Shown: positions 7,551-12,094 of the stretch, one piece after another | How positions within the stretch are numbered: the stretch's first letter is position 1 | How the letters are laid out: every line of letters starts with the position of its first letter | Virus record (IMG/VR): IMGVR_UViG_2657245634_000013 | Span: 1 to 12,094 of that record | Source of the DNA: a virus | Taxonomy: Duplodnaviria > Heunggongvirae > Uroviricota > Caudoviricetes | Reading direction: 5' to 3' (one strand) | DNA length: 12,094 bases | Notes under the pieces: model-generated | The model's database searches: none | What the model saw: only the letters and a program-made list of their open reading frames with translations | What the model was told of the DNA's origin: nothing | Made by a program: the position numbers and the translations under genes

Positions 7551-8713
7551 TGCTGGATGCACTGACATTTGATGCAGGCAGTACGCTGACGCCGGATTAC
7601 ATGCTGATGCTCGACAGCAGGGATATTACCGGCAATATCAGCGACCGTCTGATGAGTATGACCCTGACGGATAGCCGGGGCTTTGAGGCTGACCAGCTTG
7701 ATATTGAACTGAACGATGCCGACGGGCAGGTCGGGCTGCCGGTTCGTGGTGCTGTTCTGACGGTGTATATCGGCTGGAAAGGTTTTGCCCTGGTATGCAA
7801 AGGGAAATTCACCGTTGATGAGGTTGAACACCGGGGCGCGCCGGATGTTGTCACCATCCGCGCCCGGAGTGCAGATTTTCGCGGGACGCTCAATTCCCGC
7901 CGTGAAGGCTCATGGCATGACACCACGCTCGGTGCGATTGTTGAGGCGATAGCCTCCCGTAACAGGCTGAAAGCCAGTGTCGCTCCGTCACTGGCCGGAA
8001 TTAAAATCCCGCACATCGACCAGTCGCAGGAGTCTGATGCGAAATTCCTGACCCGTCTTGCAGAACGCAACGGCGGTGAGGTGTCGGTAAAAATGGGAAA
8101 ACTGTTGTTTCTCAAAGCGGGGCAGGGGGTGACGGCCAGCGGTAAAAAAATCCCGCAGATTACCATCACCCGCAGCGACGGCGACCGCCATCATTTTGCG
8201 ATTGCTGACCGTGGAGCCTATACCGGCGTAACGGCAAAGTGGTTACACACCAAAGACCCGAAGCCGCAAAAGCAGAAGGTAAAACTGAAACGCAAAAAGA
8301 AAGAAAAACACCTGCGCGCACTGGAGCACCCGAAAGCAAAACCGGTCAGGCAGAAGAAAGCGCCAAAAGTACCGGAAGCGCGCGAAGGTGAATACATGGC
8401 CGGTGAGGCTGACAACGTTTTTGCCCTGACCACGGTATATGCCACGAAAGCACAGGCCATGCGTGCCGCTCAGGCGAAGTGGGATAAACTGCAACGGGGC
8501 GTTGCGGAGTTCTCCATCAGCCTGGCTACCGGTCGTGCAGATATTTACACGGAAACACCGGTCAGAGTGTCAGGCTTTAAGCGCGTCATAGACGAGCAGG
8601 ACTGGACCATCACTAAGGTGACACATTTTCTGAATAATAGCGGCTTCACGACGTCCTTAGAGCTTGAGGTCAGGCTTTCTGATGTGGAGTACGAAACAGA
8701 AGATGATGAGTGA
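7550..8713 (+). CDS. D: Tail protein D (P2 gpD, late control gene D)
   Basis: 387-aa ORF MLDALTFDAGSTLTPDYMLMLDSRDITGNISDRLMSMTLTDSRGFEADQLDIELNDADG... with a Lys-rich linker; length and position as in P2 D. Confidence 0.95.
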   Translation: MLDALTFDAGSTLTPDYMLMLDSRDITGNISDRLMSMTLTDSRGFEADQLDIELNDADGQVGLPVRGAVLTVYIGWKGFALVCKGKFTVDEVEHRGAPDVVTIRARSADFRGTLNSRREGSWHDTTLGAIVEAIASRNRLKASVAPSLAGIKIPHIDQSQESDAKFLTRLAERNGGEVSVKMGKLLFLKAGQGVTASGKKIPQITITRSDGDRHHFAIADRGAYTGVTAKWLHTKDPKPQKQKVKLKRKKKEKHLRALEHPKAKPVRQKKAPKVPEAREGEYMAGEADNVFALTTVYATKAQAMRAAQAKWDKLQRGVAEFSISLATGRADIYTETPVRVSGFKRVIDEQDWTITKVTHFLNNSGFTTSLELEVRLSDVEYETEDDE

Positions 8714-8794
8714 CGTTTTTATTTTATCTATTTGTTTTATAAGGATAAATTAACTAAAATGGCACCATCAACAAAACCGGAAGAGGTGCTCGCG

Positions 8795-9013
8795 ATGTTT
8801 CATTGTCCTTTATGCCAGCATGCCGCACATGCGCGTACAAGCCGCTATATCACTGACACGACAAAAGAGCGTTATCATCAGTGCCAGAACGTGAATTGCA
8901 GTGCCACGTTCATCACTTATGAGTCGGTACAGCGATACATCGTGAAGCCGGGAGAAGTCCACGCCGTAAGGCCGCACCCGTTGCCGTCAGGGCAGCAAAT
9001 TATGTGGATGTGA
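8795..9013 (+). CDS. ogr: Late gene transcriptional activator Ogr (zinc-finger)
   Basis: 72-aa product MFHCPLCQHAAHARTSRYITDTTKERYHQCQNVNCSATFITYESVQRYIVKPGEVHAVRPHPLPSGQQIMWM with the Cys-X2-Cys...Cys-X4-Cys zinc-binding motif. The ORF-track start at 8732 is an in-frame upstream extension; the ATG at 8795 gives the canonical 72-aa Ogr. Confidence 0.95.
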   Translation: MFHCPLCQHAAHARTSRYITDTTKERYHQCQNVNCSATFITYESVQRYIVKPGEVHAVRPHPLPSGQQIMWM

Positions 9014-9023
9014 TCACAAAAAT

Positions 9024-9050
9024 AGCCCCTCAGTTGAGGGGCTTTATTTA
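9024..9050 (+). terminator. Rho-independent terminator downstream of ogr
   Basis: Stem AGCCCCTC / GAGGGGCT with loop AGTT, followed by TTTATTTA, starting 11 bp after the ogr stop. Confidence 0.7.
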
Positions 9051-9056
9051 TGGTCG

Positions 9057-9075
9057 ATGTGGACGTTATGTGGAC
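9057..9075 (+). repeat. Tandem direct repeat ATGTGGAC-gtt-ATGTGGAC (11-bp spacing); candidate integrase arm-type binding sites in the prophage att arm
   Basis: Exact 8-bp repeat at 9057-9064 and 9068-9075, in non-coding DNA between the last phage gene and host sequence. Confidence 0.45.
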
Positions 9076-9081
9076 AGTGGT

Positions 9082-9103
9082 TGATATAAATCCATTTATA
9101 TCA
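9082..9103. repeat. Perfect 10-bp inverted repeat TGATATAAAT-cc-ATTTATATCA in the att region
   Basis: Exact palindrome read directly from the sequence; AT-rich; lies between the direct repeats and the host-like terminator. Confidence 0.6.
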
Positions 9104-9111
9104 TCAGGTTA

Positions 9112-9168
9112 GGTGCTTTTTTGTGACACCATCCCTGTCTTCCCCCACATGATGTGGGGGTTTTTTTT
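9112..9168 (+). ncRNA. Possible CpxQ-like sRNA remnant (3' UTR of cpxP); 5' boundary uncertain
   Basis: Terminator hairpin plus upstream GACACCATCCCTGTCTTCCCCC, recalled as the conserved part of CpxQ; no cpxP coding sequence is visible upstream, consistent with the prophage junction lying at the cpxP 3' end. This is from memory and unverified. Confidence 0.35.
9142..9168 (+). terminator. Rho-independent terminator, probably the host cpxP terminator (3' end of the CpxQ sRNA region)
   Basis: Stem CCCCCACAT / ATGTGGGGG followed by eight T residues. The preceding GACACCATCCCTGTCTTCCCCC matches my recollection of the cpxP 3' UTR / CpxQ, and fieF lies directly downstream as in the E. coli cpxP-fieF arrangement. 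Confidence 0.6.
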
Positions 9169-9249
9169 ATCCTCAATTTGCCTGCTGCTTAATGCATTGC
9201 AGATGATTTGCTTCCGTTATACTAGCGTCAGTTGATAGCGGGAGTATTT

Positions 9250-9867
9250 ATGAATCAATCTTATGGACGGCTGGTCAGTCGGGCGGCGATTGCTGCGACG
9301 GCGATGGCTTCGTTGCTATTGCTGATTAAAATTTTTGCATGGTGGTATACCGGGTCGGTGAGTATTCTCGCCGCGCTGGTGGATTCGCTGGTGGATATCG
9401 GCGCGTCGTTGACGAATTTACTGGTGGTGCGATATTCCCTGCAACCTGCCGACGATAATCACTCGTTTGGTCACGGTAAAGCAGAGTCCCTCGCGGCGCT
9501 GGCGCAAAGTATGTTTATCTCCGGTTCGGCACTATTCCTGTTTTTGACGGGTATTCAACATCTGATATCTCCAACACCGATGACAGATCCAGGCGTCGGG
9601 GTTATCGTGACAATTGTGGCGCTAATTTGTACGATTATCCTTGTCTCGTTTCAGCGTTGGGTGGTGCGCCGGACGCAAAGCCAGGCGGTGCGGGCTGATA
9701 TGCTACATTACCAGTCTGATGTTATGATGAACGGCGCAATTCTGCTGGCGCTGGGGTTGTCCTGGTACGGCTGGCATCGCGCCGATGCTCTGTTTGCATT
9801 GGGAATCGGCATCTATATTTTATATAGCGCGTTACGCATGGGATATGAGGCGGTACAGTCATTACTG
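9250..9867 (+). pseudogene. fieF: Cation-diffusion-facilitator ferrous iron/zinc efflux protein FieF (YiiP), 3'-truncated after about codon 206
   Basis: [86 protein letters not shown]... matches FieF up to ...[10 protein letters not shown]; GGAG RBS at 9242-9245. After about 9867 the frame continues only as antisense read-through of the autotransporter gene, and the cytoplasmic C-terminal domain (expected DRALPDEERQ...) is absent. Confidence 0.85.
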
Positions 9868-12063
9868 GCTGTGACCATTCATATCCAGTTCAGTCTCTGC
9901 CGCCAGACGCAGTTCATGGGTATTACCCAACACGTTATCGTTATTCAACAAAAGCGTCCCACTGCGCAGATCGGTAACACCGGTATAGTCGTTGTCTTTG
10001 TTAGAAAGCGATACGGTCTGACCCTTCTGGCTGCTGAATGCCAGGTCACCACTGCCGGTAATCTTTGCGCTGAGATCGGCGGCATTCTCGCTTTTACCGT
10101 TAGAGCTCAGCACCAGAGCATCGCTGTCGGTAGCGTGTAAATCAAGCTGGGTCAGGCCGTAACCGATATACAGACCGTCATTGTTTACCCCACTCGTCAG
10201 ACGATAGTCGTAAGTGCCGACGGCCGCTTTTTGCCCATTCTGCTGAATATCACGTTGGGCACTGCTGGAGAGGATTTGCCCATTTTTATCCTGCAATTGC
10301 AGATTGCCCGCATCGCCCAGAACTTCCGCACCTTGCGCATCAACCAACTTAATGGTGCTGTTACCATCATCGACTTCAGTGAGCGATAACGCAGAGTCAA
10401 TATCACGAGATACTGAGCTTACAACGTCACTGTCAGAAACCTGAATCACACCCTCGCCGCGCAAATCCAGCGTTTTACTAACGTTGACCGTCCCTTCTGT
10501 CATCTGTGCACCTGCTGTCAGGGCACCAAAATCAACGGTTCCGCCGGAGAATCCCAAAGTGCTAATGGAGTGAGCGCCCTTACCCACTATTACCTGGCTT
10601 CCCTGACCCGCAGTGATCCCGCCTCTCTGCAGAAACTCAGCATTCTTTTCCAGGTTAAATGTCGTGTTCTGGAACGCCAGTGAACCCTGGAACCAGTCTG
10701 TATAAGCAAACTCATCGAAGGAGAATTCGTGATTCCCCATGTTTATTTCAACAATACCTCTACCTTGAAGATCGTTATCAAATACCCAATCTTTATTGGC
10801 ATTGATTTGCAGTTTGCCATCAACATCCAGGTCCGCACGGCCGATGTTCTTGTCTTCAGAAATAACCGCGACAGCACCAGAAGCGACATCAATATATCCG
10901 CTGAATGCATAGTTATTGCCGGTCAGTGCCACTGTCCCACTGTCGATACTTATTGTACCATTGCCGGAAATCTTATTGGCAAAGGTCATGCTATCGTCAG
11001 CCTTCAGGTGTAATTTCCCGCGGTTGTTGATCTCTGCTGTACCTATATTTTGGGTGATCCCTAAAGCGCCATTTTGCTCAATTTTGACTTTACCACTAAA
11101 GGCAGAGTTATCACCGGTTAAGTAAGTCGTGCCATTGAGCGCATTGATATAGCCCAGGCCCTCGCTGCCACTGACAATATCCGCGGAAATAGTCGCGTTT
11201 TTATCCGTGTGGTTTAAGGTGATTTTCTTATCGGATGTCTTTGCCCACACAAACTCAATTTTTTCGGCATCAATAATCCCTGCAGCCTTCGCAGCACTTC
11301 CTTCCTGTGCACCTAACGCTAACTCAGAGTTGGTGCTTAAACTAATTTTCGGTGCGGATATTTTACCTCCATCTGATACGACTAATGTTGTATCAGAACG
11401 TTGGTCGTAATAACCCAGGCTAATATGTTCACGAGCATTAACTTCACCGCCGTTATTAACTGACAGGTACTGATTACCACCGTAACTGCCGTAAACGCCC
11501 ATAAAGAAGGTTTTAGAATTTACCTGGCTGCCTTCACCACTGACATTTCCCTGCAAATAGGTCAGACGGCTGGTGCCCTTAACATGGATTTTGCCGCCGT
11601 TGGAGACATTAAAATAGCCGCGATCGTGTCTCATGCCTGAGTTTGACTCATACAAATCATCAGCATATAACTCGCTGCCAGCATTGGAGACATTCAGGAA
11701 CCCCGTACCTTTCAGCAAAAAGTTAAGTGGGCCATTGATAGTTACCTTTCCTCCGGTAATATCCAACCCACCACCAGAAGCGAGAGTCAGACGCGGACGG
11801 GAAGTATCTGTCGCATTGATTACCAGATTGGCATTGTCAGTCACCGTAATACGGTAATCGATGCTCTGGTTCTCTTTGCCAAAATCAATAGTTTTATCCT
11901 GGTTTACGATGACATCATCGGCGAATACCAGAGATGAATATAAACTTATCGCGCTAATTAAAACAGCCCGGGACTTTTTTCCTTTTACTCTGCTCCCCAG
12001 CTCCGAGCAGACGCTCCAACAGTTACGGGACCTGTTCCACTTTAGCCGATATATTTTATTCAT
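9862..12063 (-). pseudogene. Autotransporter adhesin (type Va), signal peptide plus beta-helical passenger domain, 3'-truncated (no beta-barrel translocator)
   Basis: N-terminus MNKIYRLKWNRSRNCWSVCSELGSRVKGKKS... is an extended signal peptide region (ESPR) typical of autotransporters, followed by a Gly/Asn/Ser/Thr-rich repetitive passenger (GNxxxSG-type beta-helix repeats). The ORF ends ...ELDMNGHSQ with its stop codon supplied by fieF-derived sequence at 9862-9864. Lower GC than the flanking sequence. The likely start is the ATG at 12061-12063, not the track start at 12087. Confidence 0.75.
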
Positions 12064-12094
12064 CACAATCTCCAGCAATACATCCAAATAAAAC

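Noticed and set aside
7597-8169. 190-aa minus-strand ORF inside D, and similar antisense ORFs (2425-2736, 2935-3198, 3788-4111, 4144-4533, 5622-6056, 7460-7831, 8218-8494)
   Set aside because: All lie antisense within P2 structural genes assigned with high confidence; typical spurious ORFs from GC-rich coding DNA.
8260-8400. Lys-rich low-complexity stretch in D (KPQKQKVKLKRKKKEKHLRALEHPKAKPVRQKKAPK) as a possible insertion or repeat
   Set aside because: The ORF length equals P2 gpD and, as far as I recall, this charged linker is native to gpD; the frame is uninterrupted.
8732-8794. N-terminal extension MFYKDKLTKMAPSTKPEEVLA of the ogr ORF
   Set aside because: Ogr is a 72-aa protein starting MFHCPLCQ; the upstream in-frame ATG lies in AT-rich promoter-like DNA and probably is not used.
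9868-10140. The 3' part of the 302-aa plus-strand ORF (9232-10140) as the C-terminus of FieF
   Set aside because: After ...EAVQSLL the translation ([13 protein letters not shown]...) no longer resembles a CDF cytoplasmic domain and is exactly antisense to the autotransporter passenger ORF; it is read-through of an open antisense frame.
10729-11857. Short plus-strand ORFs (10729-11013, 10916-11125, 11207-11410, 11633-11857) inside the autotransporter region
   Set aside because: Antisense to the long autotransporter ORF; short, no RBS, no recognisable features.
12064-12087. N-terminal extension MDVLLEIV of the autotransporter ORF
   Set aside because: ESPR autotransporters begin MNKIY...; the extension is probably untranslated leader.
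1-12094. CRISPR arrays, tRNA/rRNA genes, or an obvious defence/toxin-antitoxin operon
   Set aside because: No regularly spaced direct repeats, no tRNA-like cloverleaf candidates and no unassigned multi-gene cluster were seen; every sizeable ORF is explained by the IS, the prophage tail module, fieF or the autotransporter.

Overview
The window is the right-hand end of a P2-family prophage joined to host chromosome (Escherichia/Shigella-like). From left to right: the 3' end of an IS21-family element (IstB C-terminus, 1-168), which abuts a 5'-truncated tail-fibre assembly gene; the remainder of an invertible tail-fibre cassette (second tfa and a silent tail-fibre C-terminal exon on the minus strand, with a gix/hix-like crossover site at 1676-1701); a Gin/Hin/Pin/Cin-family serine invertase; then the P2 tail and late-control block FI (sheath), FII (tube), E and E+E' (programmed -1 frameshift at TTTTTTG), T (tape measure), U, D and ogr. 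Protein assignments for the P2 block are recalled from memory of the P2 proteins and agree in length and order; no search was run. After ogr there is an intrinsic terminator, a short att-like region (tandem ATGTGGAC repeats, a perfect 10-bp palindrome) and a second terminator that looks like the host cpxP 3' end (CpxQ-like), followed by host fieF. fieF is cut off after about codon 206 and joined directly, with no IS or repeat visible, to a 3'-truncated autotransporter adhesin gene on the opposite strand. I found no CRISPR array, tRNA or rRNA, and no convincing novel defence or toxin system; the notable items are structural: the IS-damaged tail-fibre switch, the prophage-host junction, and the fieF/autotransporter breakpoint.
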